Source: an uncultured Acidobacteriota bacterium
GTDB lineage: Bacteria > Acidobacteriota > JAQAZP01
Assembly: GCA_963836075.1 (NCBI GenBank)
Contig: CAWIIB010000009.1
Coordinates: 2,400,001 to 2,464,000 of the forward strand
Length of the DNA stretch: 64,000 nucleotides
Direction of reading: 5' to 3'
Of the stretch, positions 38,401 to 47,767 are shown in pieces. The translations under genes and the position numbers were made by a program. Within the stretch, counting starts at the first letter, position 1. Each line of letters opens with the position of its first letter. A model generated the notes under the pieces. The model saw only the letters and a list, made by a program, of their open reading frames with translations, was not told where the DNA came from and made no database searches.

Positions 38401-39997
38401 AGGCGGCCTGGGCTGCACTGGAAGGAGCGCACCGATTCTCCGAAACACCCTGTTCCTGACCAACCGCGCGCCGAGGGGCGGGGCAGCGTACGGCTCCCGT
38501 TCATCCCTGTCCATCATCTCCTGCACGTTCAGCGAAAACCGGGCGGGGCGAGGCGGTGCGCTATTTTTCACCAGTGGTTCGTCACTCAGCATCGTCAGTT
38601 CCATTCTGTATGGCGACACGGCTGAGCAAGGGGCAGAGATCCTGATCGGAGGCTCCGGAGCGGCCAACCGATTGGCCATTTCCTATTCTGATCTGGAGGG
38701 AGGTCGACAGGCTGTTGCGCTCTCCCCGAATGACCACCTCGATTGGGGTCCGGGGATGATCGATGCCAGCCCTCTCTTTAGCAGGTGCTCCCTGGGAGAC
38801 CACTTTCTCGGCCAGAAAAGCTGCGGGCAGTTGGCGGACAGTCCCTGTCTCAACGGCGGCGATCCCACCGGGGAGCGGATTGAAGGGACGACCCGCAGCG
38901 ATCTTGTTCTGGACCATGGCCTGCCCGACCTGGGATATCACTACCCCCTGCGTCCCCGGCTGGTGCTCTCCCCAGGCCCGGGCAAGAACAATCCACCACT
39001 GATCCAGGTTCTTTCGCCAGCGGGCCGGTCGCTAGGTGAATTTATTGCCAGGGGAGGGGCGCAGTATGGGGCCAGGGTATCCTGCGGGGACATCAACGGC
39101 GATTTCGCGGACGAGATTCTGGTGGGTGCGGGAGCCGGCCCTTTCTGTCCCCCGCGCGTGCAGGGTTTCCGGATGGACGGCAGCGCACTGGCCGGGGTCG
39201 ATTTCCTCGCCTATTCGACTCGGAAACAGGGAGTCAATGTGGCCGCGGGAGACCTGGACGGCGACGGTGCCGCTGAAATCATCACCGGCCCTGGCCCCGG
39301 CTCAGCATTCGGCCCGCAGGTAAAGGTTTTCCATTATGGTTCGGATCATCGAATCAGGCTGCTGAACGGCAATGGCTTTTCCGCTTTCAACTACCAAGGC
39401 TGGGGTGTGAACGTGGCGGCCGGTGACCTGGATGGTGACGGTTTTGCTGAAATCGTCACCGGTTGCGGTCCCGGTCCGACCCATGAACCGGGTGTGCGCG
39501 GCTGGAATGTGGATGGCGACTCGGTGAGCGCCATGCCCGGCCTGACGTTCACTGCCTATGACACCCGGGAATACGGCGTTGTGGTGTGCTGTGGTGACCT
39601 GGATGGTGATGGTATCGATGAGATCATCACCGCTCCCGGCCCCAACGAGCGGCTGGGCTCCCATATCCGGGGGTGGAAGTATGACGGATCCACCGTGACC
39701 CCGCTTCCCGGTTTTAACTTTTTCGCCTGGCGATTCCCCAGGTTCAATTGCGGAGCCACCCTGCATTCCGGCACCGACCTGGATGGAGACGGCCGGGCGG
39801 AACTGGTCGTGGGAACCGGTCCGGCACCCGAGACGGAATCGCTGGTCAATATTTACAGCTATATCGGCACCACGGTGATTTTGCGCAGCTCTCTGGGCGA
39901 TTTCGCCAGGGGAATGACCCATGGAGTCAATGTTGCGGCCGGGATGGAGAATGTTATCGCGGGCGATGAGCGTTACGTGACCTCCCGCGGGCAGTAA
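35486..39997 (+). CDS. 1503-aa membrane protein: GT-C-like glycosyltransferase domain, right-handed beta-helix and FG-GAP-like repeats
   Basis: N-terminal multi-TM region with SDDYYYYDYLRSLFFDSDL, LVRWQN, HGLFSWSP, WWAGGGFGMRR; middle IHVPADHPTIQDGID with GGGI/GGA(V/L) and FxxN repeats; C-terminal GD(I/L)DGDG..EIITGPGP repeats. Confidence 0.8.
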   Translation: MKKQLPATCARRVLEVLCLASYLLGLLSIVTNGLELSVGGATLSIHSPGRPFILSIIFLVTRLWIDPRFRTRIREKTIRDRTAGGRQHPWTVTAGFLLLAAFLFFIFQARFTSDDYYYYDYLRSLFFDSDLSFLNERAIHHPSWIWITEGQLVQPTATGYVNNVFAAGASLLWLPFFLIGHGCAILIQVNGGKLFLDGYSASYLSLLTCGSIAYTFCGLILTYRMCRDLISEKWGFAAVLFIFFGSPLFYYTFHDPCFSHGMSFFTTALFINLWLRQRSRPDLWGAVLLGLAGGLMTLVRWQNLLFFTIPALDWLMLAGSELRDRRSMKKIVRATFHQLLCALFALIVFLPQMVIFKILSGSFFDPGSRVAHHLTSPKVLKVLFSPWHGLFSWSPVLLIAMVGVVALAFKKRRLGTPLLVALFLQVYINATVTDWWAGGGFGMRRMCATLPIFALGLTLLLKGFDFRRRRWVMICGCLAAVGWNCFLIIFHLSGRVFTTPEIHLAMFAPEFWPHYGQSILRIFRTAACSSPWAWSFLPLFVGVLIFPLRLISGEKRLTRSRTKTAITMVAVVGAALLTHHLWSAGHRDRTIEVLEIGDSEHFGKLIPFKIGSQAAYQGGYMEWRVTDEDPFHVFLRGTPSLPMVSIISHCESKTVLEKGRTLATVTILGTGGERIVFPLRRGFETDYSCAENSGLGGSLPAAALPVLQTNSEQCKQGAIRFGARFQLPAGLELGSFFFAGSANNADAALVLSGICFEDQMQGHTVGTMHYPATIHVPADHPTIQDGIDRAVPGDTVLVADGVYVGERNRNLDVRGKAISIVSEHGPASCIIDCQGQGRGFHFDSSEGRESQVQGFTIRGGNPDSGEGGGIYMLKASPTIKDCLIRGNHAETSGGGIFCSASSPLISGCRIEDNHAGTSGGGLLCSQSAPRISGTLFRNNSAESIGGAVFCLNSALPLIEDSRVEQNSAGEQGGGLGCTGRSAPILRNTLFLTNRAPRGGAAYGSRSSLSIISCTFSENRAGRGGALFFTSGSSLSIVSSILYGDTAEQGAEILIGGSGAANRLAISYSDLEGGRQAVALSPNDHLDWGPGMIDASPLFSRCSLGDHFLGQKSCGQLADSPCLNGGDPTGERIEGTTRSDLVLDHGLPDLGYHYPLRPRLVLSPGPGKNNPPLIQVLSPAGRSLGEFIARGGAQYGARVSCGDINGDFADEILVGAGAGPFCPPRVQGFRMDGSALAGVDFLAYSTRKQGVNVAAGDLDGDGAAEIITGPGPGSAFGPQVKVFHYGSDHRIRLLNGNGFSAFNYQGWGVNVAAGDLDGDGFAEIVTGCGPGPTHEPGVRGWNVDGDSVSAMPGLTFTAYDTREYGVVVCCGDLDGDGIDEIITAPGPNERLGSHIRGWKYDGSTVTPLPGFNFFAWRFPRFNCGATLHSGTDLDGDGRAELVVGTGPAPETESLVNIYSYIGTTVILRSSLGDFARGMTHGVNVAAGMENVIAGDERYVTSRGQ

Positions 39998-40352
39998 AAC
40001 CTGGGACGGTGGTTTCCTCCGGCTGTTTTGTCCTGCCTGACGGATACCGCTACGTACCAGACACCGAGCCTGCGCTTAATGGCTCTGGAACCCGTGGGAG
40101 GAAGAGATGAAGGCCAGACCGGTCCAGGATGCGGATATCGACACTCTGGTGGTGGAGTACCGAGGAAGCCCTCTCCAAGGCCGTGGACAAGGCCGACCTG
40201 GCCAAACGTCTTTGGAATCATGCCCGGTGAGCTTTTCCACCGATGTCAGTGGCAATGTGGTGCGCGTCCATTGGGCCTTCGATGGTGATATGACCCGGGC
40301 CTGCACTTTCCACTATGACTGTCCGGGTTAGAACGCCGGCCTGGTATCGGCT

Positions 40353-41576
40353 TTACTCTCCAGTCGCGGATGGTTTCTGACAGCTTTCCACAAGTTCGGC
40401 AGCCAGGGACTGTGCGATATGTTCGTGGGCCAGCTTAGAGTAATGTCCCTGCGGTCCGTTGAACAAGGTGACAAGATTTTCAGCGTTTACCTGTTCCAGG
40501 ATGCGGCGCTCCGGATGGACCACGCGGCAGGTATCCTCGATCTCGTCGAGCAGCGCCCGATAGGCGAGCGGGCGTCCTTTGCCCATGGTGGACAGATGGT
40601 CCAGCTTCGGCAGGTGGACAACCAGGAACTCAGCCCCGGTTGACTCCACGTCCATTCTGAATTCTTCAATAATCCGCAGCGCCAGTCTGGAAGGCTCTTT
40701 GTCAAGCGCATAAAAACGATACTCAGCCTGGCGGAAAATCAGCTGATCCAGCGCGCTTTTCAGCAGTGAGATGAATTTGCTGCGATACCAGATCCCCGGT
40801 TGATAGTCGCCCGGGTCGTAGAAGTACTCGTAATCCAGCAGGTCCCAGGATTCGATATTCTCCAGAACATTCACGATCTCGTCGGGAGGAATGGTGGGGA
40901 CGTTCACCAGTTTCAACCCGTCCCCATCCAGCTTAAACCTCGGTTTGGAGAAGCAGATTCCCGTGCCTCTGGTATAGACGACTCGCAGCACGTTGACGAT
41001 CCGTTTGACGTTCTCCGGTTGAAACCCAAAAATAACGAGATCCGGGTGAAACATTCGACCTTCTTCCCGCCATCGGAGATAAGCCTGGTCGATACCGTAA
41101 CCGCCAACCCCGAAGTTGAGTACTTCCACACCCGGGTTCTCTCCCCGCAGGATCTGCTGTAGGCGGTAACCCCAGGTGTTCTCGAGGGGCTCCTCGTAAC
41201 CAAGCGTGTAGGAATCCCCGAGGACGGCGATTCGAAAAACGTGCTCGGACGGATGGGAGGGGTAGTCCTGCGGCTCGGACCGCAGCCCGGCGGAATTGTA
41301 GGCATAGATGCCCGACCGGCTGTTCGGCCGGTATGTCCAGCCCAGAACCGGATGGTCCTGGAGCGTAATGCGGGTAGATGCGCTTTGGTATCGAGCAATA
41401 GCCGCCCGGGTCTCCTCGATGGGAATTCGGTATGGCCGCAAGGTTGTGGAGCGGAATACGAAATTGCCCGTCGGTCTCTGCTCGCCCAGAAGGCGCACCA
41501 GGAACTCAGCGACAGTGAAGCAGAGTAGCGTCGCCAGGGAAAATAGCAGTAGGCCTGATATCAGTTGTCTTCTCAT
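40353..41576 (-). CDS. SGNH/GDSL hydrolase family protein with N-terminal membrane anchor
   Basis: AEFLVRL anchor, HPVLGW, NSAGLR, RIAVLGDSYT, VLNFGVGGYGIDQ, GHYSKLAH; start uncertain (the ORF track extends to 41741). Confidence 0.82.
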   Translation of the reverse strand: MRRQLISGLLLFSLATLLCFTVAEFLVRLLGEQRPTGNFVFRSTTLRPYRIPIEETRAAIARYQSASTRITLQDHPVLGWTYRPNSRSGIYAYNSAGLRSEPQDYPSHPSEHVFRIAVLGDSYTLGYEEPLENTWGYRLQQILRGENPGVEVLNFGVGGYGIDQAYLRWREEGRMFHPDLVIFGFQPENVKRIVNVLRVVYTRGTGICFSKPRFKLDGDGLKLVNVPTIPPDEIVNVLENIESWDLLDYEYFYDPGDYQPGIWYRSKFISLLKSALDQLIFRQAEYRFYALDKEPSRLALRIIEEFRMDVESTGAEFLVVHLPKLDHLSTMGKGRPLAYRALLDEIEDTCRVVHPERRILEQVNAENLVTLFNGPQGHYSKLAHEHIAQSLAAELVESCQKPSATGE

Positions 41577-41961
41577 TACCGGATGCTTTTCAAAATCCGA
41601 GACGACCTGTCCGAATGTGCAAAAAGAGTATGAGAGCTGCGACCCCGGGTCAACCCATGGAGTGTATCGGTACGGCGCTCGCATCTGCCCTCCGGCCGGT
41701 TGAAGTTCCTCTGATCCGGGCGATGAATAATCCATTTTCACTTGCTCTTATTCCCTGTTAATCTTATATTAATTGCCATACAGGGCTTCAGCGCTGCGGT
41801 GATGCGTTGGGGCCGGACCTTTCGGCGTTGCCCCTCCACCTGGGACAATGCTCACCTGAAAGATCGAATTCACCGGAAAAAAGCAGTCTCCCCATCACCG
41901 TCAGTTCGTGGGGTATCTCTTTCCCGGCGTATGACAACCCTTCCCGGAGGTAATTCTGACC

Positions 41962-44916
41962 ATGAGGAAATGTGCCCTGATCGCCATCATTATCCTGGCC
42001 CTGGTTGCCGGTTCCGCAAACGCCGGAACCCTGCACAGCGGCCTGGAAAATTACCTGGAAGGCCTGCCGGCCACCCAGACCGAGAAAGTGATCGTGCGGC
42101 TGGCCGAGCAGGCCGACGTCAGCTCCCTCAACCGGCAGCTGAAGCTTGAAGGGGCCACGCTGGCCCTGCGGCACAAGCAGGTCATCGAGCACCTGCGGGA
42201 CACGGCCATGGATACCCAGGCCCCGCTGGTGCAGCACCTGGAGCGGCAGTTCCTGGCCGGTGAGGTGCATGACTTCCGCACCTTCTGGATCGACAACCTG
42301 GTGGGTGTGGAAGCCACCGTGCGGGAGATCAGGGAGATCGCCCGGCGGCCCGACGTCGAGATGGTCTACCTCGACTACCAGATCGAGCTGATCGCTCCGG
42401 TGGAGAAGGACCTGCCCAAGCCGATGGTTGGCCAGGGACGGCAGACGGACGCCCCCCGGGCCATCGAGCCGGGCATCGCCGCGATCAAGGCCCCCCAGGC
42501 CTGGGCCCTGGGATTCACCGGCGCCGGCCGGGTGATCGCCAACATGGACACCGGTGTGGACGGCAACCACGAGGCGCTGGCCACCCGCTGGCGCGGCCTC
42601 ACCGAGCCGGCCGCCGAGTGCTGGTTTGACCCGGTCACTTACTCCACCTTCCCCTTCGACTCCGGCTACCACGGCACGCACACCATGGGGACCATCGCCG
42701 GCTTCACCGCGGCCAACGAGATCGGTGTGGCGAAAGACGCCACCTGGATCGCCGCCGGGGTCATCGACCGGGTGGACATTCCCACCACCATGACCGACGC
42801 CGTGGCCGCTTTCCAGTGGTTCGCCGACCCGGACGGCAACCCGGGCACCACCGACGACGTGCCTGATGCAGTGGGCAACTCCTGGGGCATCAGCCCGATC
42901 TACCACGGGTCGTACATCACCGGCCCCTGTGACGTGACCTTCTGGGCCACGATGGACAACTGCGAGGCCGCCGGCTGCGCGGTGATTTTCTCCGCCGGCA
43001 ACGAGGGACCGACGGTGGCCTCCCTGCGCACCCCCGGCGACCGGGCGGACTCGCCGTACAATGCCTTTTCCGTGGGATCGGTGGATTCCACCAACTACAG
43101 CTTCCCCTATCCCATCTCCGGTTTCTCCAGCCGCGGCCCCGGCTGCAACAACCAGATCAAGCCCGAGGTTGTGGCCCCGGGTGATGACGTGCGCAGCTCG
43201 TACCCCGGCAACAGCTATGGTACGCTCAGCGGCACCTCCATGGCCTCGCCCCACGTCACCGGCAGCATCGCCGTTCTGCGGCAGGTCAACCCCGATCTCG
43301 ACGTGGACACGATGAAGGAGATCCTGCTCATCACCGCAGTGGATCTGGGGCCCGCCGGCGAGGACAACGACTTCGGCATGGGCATCATCGACCTCGAGGC
43401 GGCGGTGATCGCCGCGTCCCAGGGCTACGGCACGGTGCAGGGCACGGTGACCGACTCGTCCTCCGGCGCCCCGGTGCCGGCGACTCTCACCAACCTGAAC
43501 AACGGAGCCACCACCTACGCCAACCCGGCCACCGGCGACTACTCCTTCAGCGTGCCCGGTGACGAGACCCACACCATCGAGGCCACCTATTTCGGCTACG
43601 CCACCCAGCAGCAGGCGGTTTACGTTCCGGCCGAAGGCACGGTGAACGTCGACTTCAGCCTGGTGGCCACGGCCACCGGCACCATCCAGGGCACGGTGAC
43701 CGATTCGGGCGGCGCGCCGGTGAGCGGGGCCACGGTGACCGTTCTCAACACTCCGCTGGCCCCGGTGACCACCAACGGTTCCGGCTTCTACAGTCTGGCT
43801 GCCCCGGGCGGCGCCAGCTATGACCTGCGGTTCAACGCCTCCGGCCACCAGTCGGTGACCGTCAACAGCGTGGCCGTCACCGAGGGCGGCACCACGGTCC
43901 AGGACGTCATCCTGCCCGACTGGTACCAGATCCTGATCTGGGAGCCCGACCCGACGCCGATCAGCGGCGCGGCCATGCAGACCGCCCTGGCCACCCTGGG
44001 CTGGACTTCGGTGATCACTTCCGACCTCTTCGCCTTCAGCAACCCGCTCACCGACTATGACGCGATCTTTGTCCTGGTGGGCGTGTACTACAACAACTAC
44101 ACCTTCTCTTCCGGCAGTGCCGAGGAAACCGCCCTGACCGACTACCTGGACAACGGCGGCAATCTCTACATGGAGGGCGGTGACGTCTGGTGTTACGACA
44201 GCAACCCGGCCACCCTCCGCGGCTACTTCAACTTCATCAACGAGGGTGACGGCAGCGCCGACCTCACCACCACCGACGGTGTGGTCGGAACCTTCACCGG
44301 CGGGATGGTCTTCACCTACAGCGGTGAGAACTCCTATATCGATCAGCTGGGCGCCACCAGCCCGGCCTACGAGATCTTCACCAACCCATCTGACGGTCTT
44401 GGCTGCGGAATCGCTCACGATGCCGGCTCATATCGCTGCATCGGCACTTCCTTCGAGTTTGGAGGACTCATCGACCACGTATCCCCCAGCACTCAGCTGG
44501 AGTTGATGCAGGCCTTCGTCGATTTCTTCGGCCTTGCCGCCGTGCCGGTGGACACGGTGGAGGTGGATATCAGCGTTGCGCCCGACACCGGCACACTGCC
44601 GTTCGTCACGCAGTTCACGGCCCGGCTGATCAACCTGACCAGTGAGAACCGCCGGGCTGCCGGCCGGGTCGATCTGGTGATCGCCAACGGCAACTCTTAT
44701 GGCAACTGGCGGGCCGGCTGGACCAACCTCGGCCCCGCGGAGGTCTTCACCCAGGTCTGGAACCAGAACTTCCCGGCCCTGGGGACCCTGGTGGGAGACA
44801 ACGTCTTTACCATCCACGGGTTCGACGTGACTCCGGCGCCGTACAACCAGCCGCCCTTCGCCCCGTCGGGCGACACCCACAACGCGGTGGCCACGGTCAC
44901 CGGCATGGCTCCCTGA
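41962..44916 (+). CDS. Secreted S8 (subtilisin-like) serine peptidase with two carboxypeptidase-regulatory-like domains and C-terminal PAPYNQPP domain
   Basis: GGAGGT RBS; signal peptide; propeptide; triad DTG / HGTHTMG / GTSMASPH; two GTVQG/GTIQGTVTD repeats; ends DVTPAPYNQPPFAPSGDTHNAVATVTGMAP. Confidence 0.93.
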   Translation: MRKCALIAIIILALVAGSANAGTLHSGLENYLEGLPATQTEKVIVRLAEQADVSSLNRQLKLEGATLALRHKQVIEHLRDTAMDTQAPLVQHLERQFLAGEVHDFRTFWIDNLVGVEATVREIREIARRPDVEMVYLDYQIELIAPVEKDLPKPMVGQGRQTDAPRAIEPGIAAIKAPQAWALGFTGAGRVIANMDTGVDGNHEALATRWRGLTEPAAECWFDPVTYSTFPFDSGYHGTHTMGTIAGFTAANEIGVAKDATWIAAGVIDRVDIPTTMTDAVAAFQWFADPDGNPGTTDDVPDAVGNSWGISPIYHGSYITGPCDVTFWATMDNCEAAGCAVIFSAGNEGPTVASLRTPGDRADSPYNAFSVGSVDSTNYSFPYPISGFSSRGPGCNNQIKPEVVAPGDDVRSSYPGNSYGTLSGTSMASPHVTGSIAVLRQVNPDLDVDTMKEILLITAVDLGPAGEDNDFGMGIIDLEAAVIAASQGYGTVQGTVTDSSSGAPVPATLTNLNNGATTYANPATGDYSFSVPGDETHTIEATYFGYATQQQAVYVPAEGTVNVDFSLVATATGTIQGTVTDSGGAPVSGATVTVLNTPLAPVTTNGSGFYSLAAPGGASYDLRFNASGHQSVTVNSVAVTEGGTTVQDVILPDWYQILIWEPDPTPISGAAMQTALATLGWTSVITSDLFAFSNPLTDYDAIFVLVGVYYNNYTFSSGSAEETALTDYLDNGGNLYMEGGDVWCYDSNPATLRGYFNFINEGDGSADLTTTDGVVGTFTGGMVFTYSGENSYIDQLGATSPAYEIFTNPSDGLGCGIAHDAGSYRCIGTSFEFGGLIDHVSPSTQLELMQAFVDFFGLAAVPVDTVEVDISVAPDTGTLPFVTQFTARLINLTSENRRAAGRVDLVIANGNSYGNWRAGWTNLGPAEVFTQVWNQNFPALGTLVGDNVFTIHGFDVTPAPYNQPPFAPSGDTHNAVATVTGMAP

Positions 44917-44959
44917 GCCCAACTCGCCGCCACTGCGGCGGCGGACAGGATTCATTACT

Positions 44960-44992
44960 GACGGCCCGGCCCGCTTGCCGGGCCGTCGTTTT
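44960..44992 (+). terminator. Rho-independent terminator
   Basis: gacggcccggc-ccgctt-gccgggccgtc perfect 11-bp stem followed by gtttt. Confidence 0.75.
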
Positions 44993-45154
44993 GTACCGTT
45001 GTCAACCGCCGCTGGCCGTCCAATATTGACCTCGGGCAGTGGAATGGCTATCCTCAAGCCTCACGGATTGTCGGCTGATCTTTATCATGTCGTTCAACTT
45101 GTTTACATACAATGGTTTGATTGTTTCAGAGTCTTTGCAACAGGAGAGTGAGCG

Positions 45155-46123
45155 ATGACCGCAGACAATGCGACGGGAAGCGGGCCCCTCTGGTTGTCCA
45201 TCGAGGGGAAAATTGAGGAACTGGGTTCCCAGGATCTGTCCGGGGGCGGTCGGGAGGACGCCATCCACACCATAGCCGGCAAACTGGACGAGGCCGGGTA
45301 CAACGTGTCGAACCATGGTGGGAACATGCTGCACCTGCGCAAGGCGATGGACGCCCGGGCCAGCGTGGGCCACCCGATGATGGATGACCTCAAGTCGGCG
45401 CTGGCGGCGCTGACGCTGGATGACGTGGCCAATGTCTCCGCAGCCACCGGCGTGGTGCTGGACAGGGTGGGGGCCACCTGGCCCCGGATTCTCGAAGCCG
45501 ACCGCCGTCCCGACGTGCAGTGCTTCGTGGAACTGGCCCGCCTGGATCTTCTGGAGGCCCAGGCAAAACAGATGGAAGGGGACCTGGGTGTCCGCTACCT
45601 GCTCGCTGCACAGGTGGACGGTGCAGTGATCATCGAACGCCTGGCCATCGGCCAGGAGGAGCTGGACCGGGTGGTGGCCGCGGTGGCCGCCGAGGCTGCC
45701 GAGCGGAACCGCGTGGCCGGGCTGCTCAAGGAGGCCGGCGACGCCTCCGACGAGGAGAAGGTCAAGCTGCTGCTGAACAAGGAAGTGGCCGAGGAGTTGA
45801 TCCTGGAACTGGCCGGCGTGGAAAAGGCGGTGCTCACCGCGGCGCAGCAGGCCATGGAGGAGGAATTGAAGGAGAAGCAGCGGCTGGCCGAGGAAGTCGC
45901 GGCAAAGAAGGCGGCCGAGGCCGCCGGCCCTTCACTGGACGATATCCCCGACGACGAGATGCTCGAGTACATCGAATCGATCCGCGAGATCCTGGAGTTC
46001 TCCGACGTGGAGAAGGAGATCCGCACCATGTGCGAGCAGAGCTCCATCCCCAAGGCCCTGGTGGACATCGCCGTCTCCGAGCCGGACAAGCTGGACGAAC
46101 TGGAGGCCAAGGCCGAGGGCTAG
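45155..46123 (+). CDS. Hypothetical acidic, alpha-helical protein
   Basis: AGGAG RBS; 322 aa rich in E/A/D/K; no recognised family. Confidence 0.75.
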   Translation: MTADNATGSGPLWLSIEGKIEELGSQDLSGGGREDAIHTIAGKLDEAGYNVSNHGGNMLHLRKAMDARASVGHPMMDDLKSALAALTLDDVANVSAATGVVLDRVGATWPRILEADRRPDVQCFVELARLDLLEAQAKQMEGDLGVRYLLAAQVDGAVIIERLAIGQEELDRVVAAVAAEAAERNRVAGLLKEAGDASDEEKVKLLLNKEVAEELILELAGVEKAVLTAAQQAMEEELKEKQRLAEEVAAKKAAEAAGPSLDDIPDDEMLEYIESIREILEFSDVEKEIRTMCEQSSIPKALVDIAVSEPDKLDELEAKAEG

Positions 46124-46140
46124 AACCGGGTAGAGGGCCG

Positions 46141-47676
46141 ATGCCGCAAAAGGTCACCGTTGTTTTCTGTCCCTACCTCGGCGCTGTGGATGCCGTACCG
46201 CACCTCGGCATCGCCCGCATCGCCCAGGCGGTGAAGCAGGCGGGGTATCCCTGCCGGGTGATTGACGCCAATGCCGTGGTGGCCCGGGAGGACCCGGAGT
46301 GGTTCACCCGTTTCAGCAACCTGACCAACATCGGCCGGGACATCCCCCGAATCAGTTTCCTCTTCGGCCTGCCCGAGCTGCTCTGGTCGCTGGCCGACCC
46401 CTCGGCCGGCCCGCCGCCGCCGGAGTCGATGACCGCCGATGCGGGATCGGCCACGGTTGAGCTGCCCGAGGACCTTCATGCCCGGGCGGAGAAGATCGCC
46501 GACCTGGTGCTGGAGACCGATCCGGCTGTGGCTCTGCTCTCCACCTATATCTCGAACCACGCCTTCACCTGCCACATGGCCCAGGAGTTGCGACGGAAAC
46601 GGCCTTCGCTGCCACTGGTCTGGGGCGGGCCCGGCGTTTACCTGCCGCCGGTACGCAGACTGCTCTCCGGTCTCGAGCTGGCCGATGCTTTTGTTGTGGG
46701 GGAAGGGGAATGGGTGGTGCAGCAGCTGCTGGAGGACTTTTTCAGCGGCGGTTTCCAGACCTCTCCGGGGGTGGAGCTTGCCGGCGGGGAGCCGGCGAAA
46801 CCGGCGCCGCTGCAGCCGGACCTCTCCCTGCTGCCGATCCTCGACGTGGACGACTTCCGTCCCCCCGCCGGTGTACCGCGGATGCCCGACGGCGGGATCT
46901 GGAACCGGTTGACCATTGAGGGGTCGCGGGGCTGCCGCAGCAGCTGCACCTTCTGCACCGAGAAGTACTTCTGGGCCCGGTTCCGCTCGCGGCCGCCGGA
47001 ACGGGTGGTGGAGGAGATCGCCCACCTCAACCAGCGGTACGGTGTCACCTACTTCAACTTCACCGACACGGCAATGAACCATGACGTGGAGTGGCTCGAC
47101 CGGGTCGTCGCCCTGCTCACCGAGCGAAAGCTGGGGGTCCGCTGGGTCAGCGAGTTCATCCCCTCGTTCAACCTGACTCCGGAGCGCTGCCGCGCCGTAC
47201 GGGAGGCCGGTTGCGTGGGGGTCAACCTGGGTACGGAAACACTGCTGGACAAGTACCGCAAGATCCTGGGCAAGCGGGAGAACGACGAGACCATCGAGTT
47301 CTCCATCGCCAACCTCTACGGCGTGGGCCTCTACGCCCTGTCGCACATCCTCATCGGCTATCCCGGCCAGACGCCCGCGGAGATGGCCGAGGACATGGCC
47401 CGCCTGGCCGATCTCTACCAGCGCTATCCGGACCAGAAGATGCGAAAAATCGCCCGTCCCGACCTCTTCAGGGTGGAGCCGTTCACCCCGATGTTCACCC
47501 ACGCCAAGAAGTTCGGCATCGATCTCGAGCCGTATCTCTTCCCCATTCCCCAGCCGTTTCTGCACCTGGAAGAGACGATCCGCGAGATGTCGGTGGTCTG
47601 GCAGCACGGGATGTCGGCCCGGGACCGGATGTTTTACGCCGGCAAGCTGAAGATGCTCTTCGAGGGCGTGTCGTGA
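46141..47676 (+). CDS. B12-binding radical SAM protein
   Basis: ATG 46141; PHLGIARI, VIDAN, VWGGPG, VVGEGE, EGSRGCRSSCTFC (CxxxCxxC), LIGYPGQT. Confidence 0.9.
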   Translation: MPQKVTVVFCPYLGAVDAVPHLGIARIAQAVKQAGYPCRVIDANAVVAREDPEWFTRFSNLTNIGRDIPRISFLFGLPELLWSLADPSAGPPPPESMTADAGSATVELPEDLHARAEKIADLVLETDPAVALLSTYISNHAFTCHMAQELRRKRPSLPLVWGGPGVYLPPVRRLLSGLELADAFVVGEGEWVVQQLLEDFFSGGFQTSPGVELAGGEPAKPAPLQPDLSLLPILDVDDFRPPAGVPRMPDGGIWNRLTIEGSRGCRSSCTFCTEKYFWARFRSRPPERVVEEIAHLNQRYGVTYFNFTDTAMNHDVEWLDRVVALLTERKLGVRWVSEFIPSFNLTPERCRAVREAGCVGVNLGTETLLDKYRKILGKRENDETIEFSIANLYGVGLYALSHILIGYPGQTPAEMAEDMARLADLYQRYPDQKMRKIARPDLFRVEPFTPMFTHAKKFGIDLEPYLFPIPQPFLHLEETIREMSVVWQHGMSARDRMFYAGKLKMLFEGVS

Positions 47677-47767
47677 GGATTTTCGCCGGCCGGTCCACTT
47701 GTCCCGGCGGGCCGGGGCGTCCTGAAATTATTGGAATCCTTTGATGAGCAGATCATGGTACAGAGGG

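Noticed and set aside
41788-44418. 876-aa minus-strand ORF and other long antisense ORFs (e.g. 58055-59788, 46120-47607, 7694-9079)
   Set aside because: They are shadows of well-supported genes on the opposite strand, as expected in high-GC DNA, and have no recognisable motifs.
45520-46140. N-terminal extension of the radical SAM ORF (718 aa in the track)
   Set aside because: It overlaps CDS 45155-46123 in another frame and is low-complexity Gly/Arg; the real start is more likely ATG 46141.
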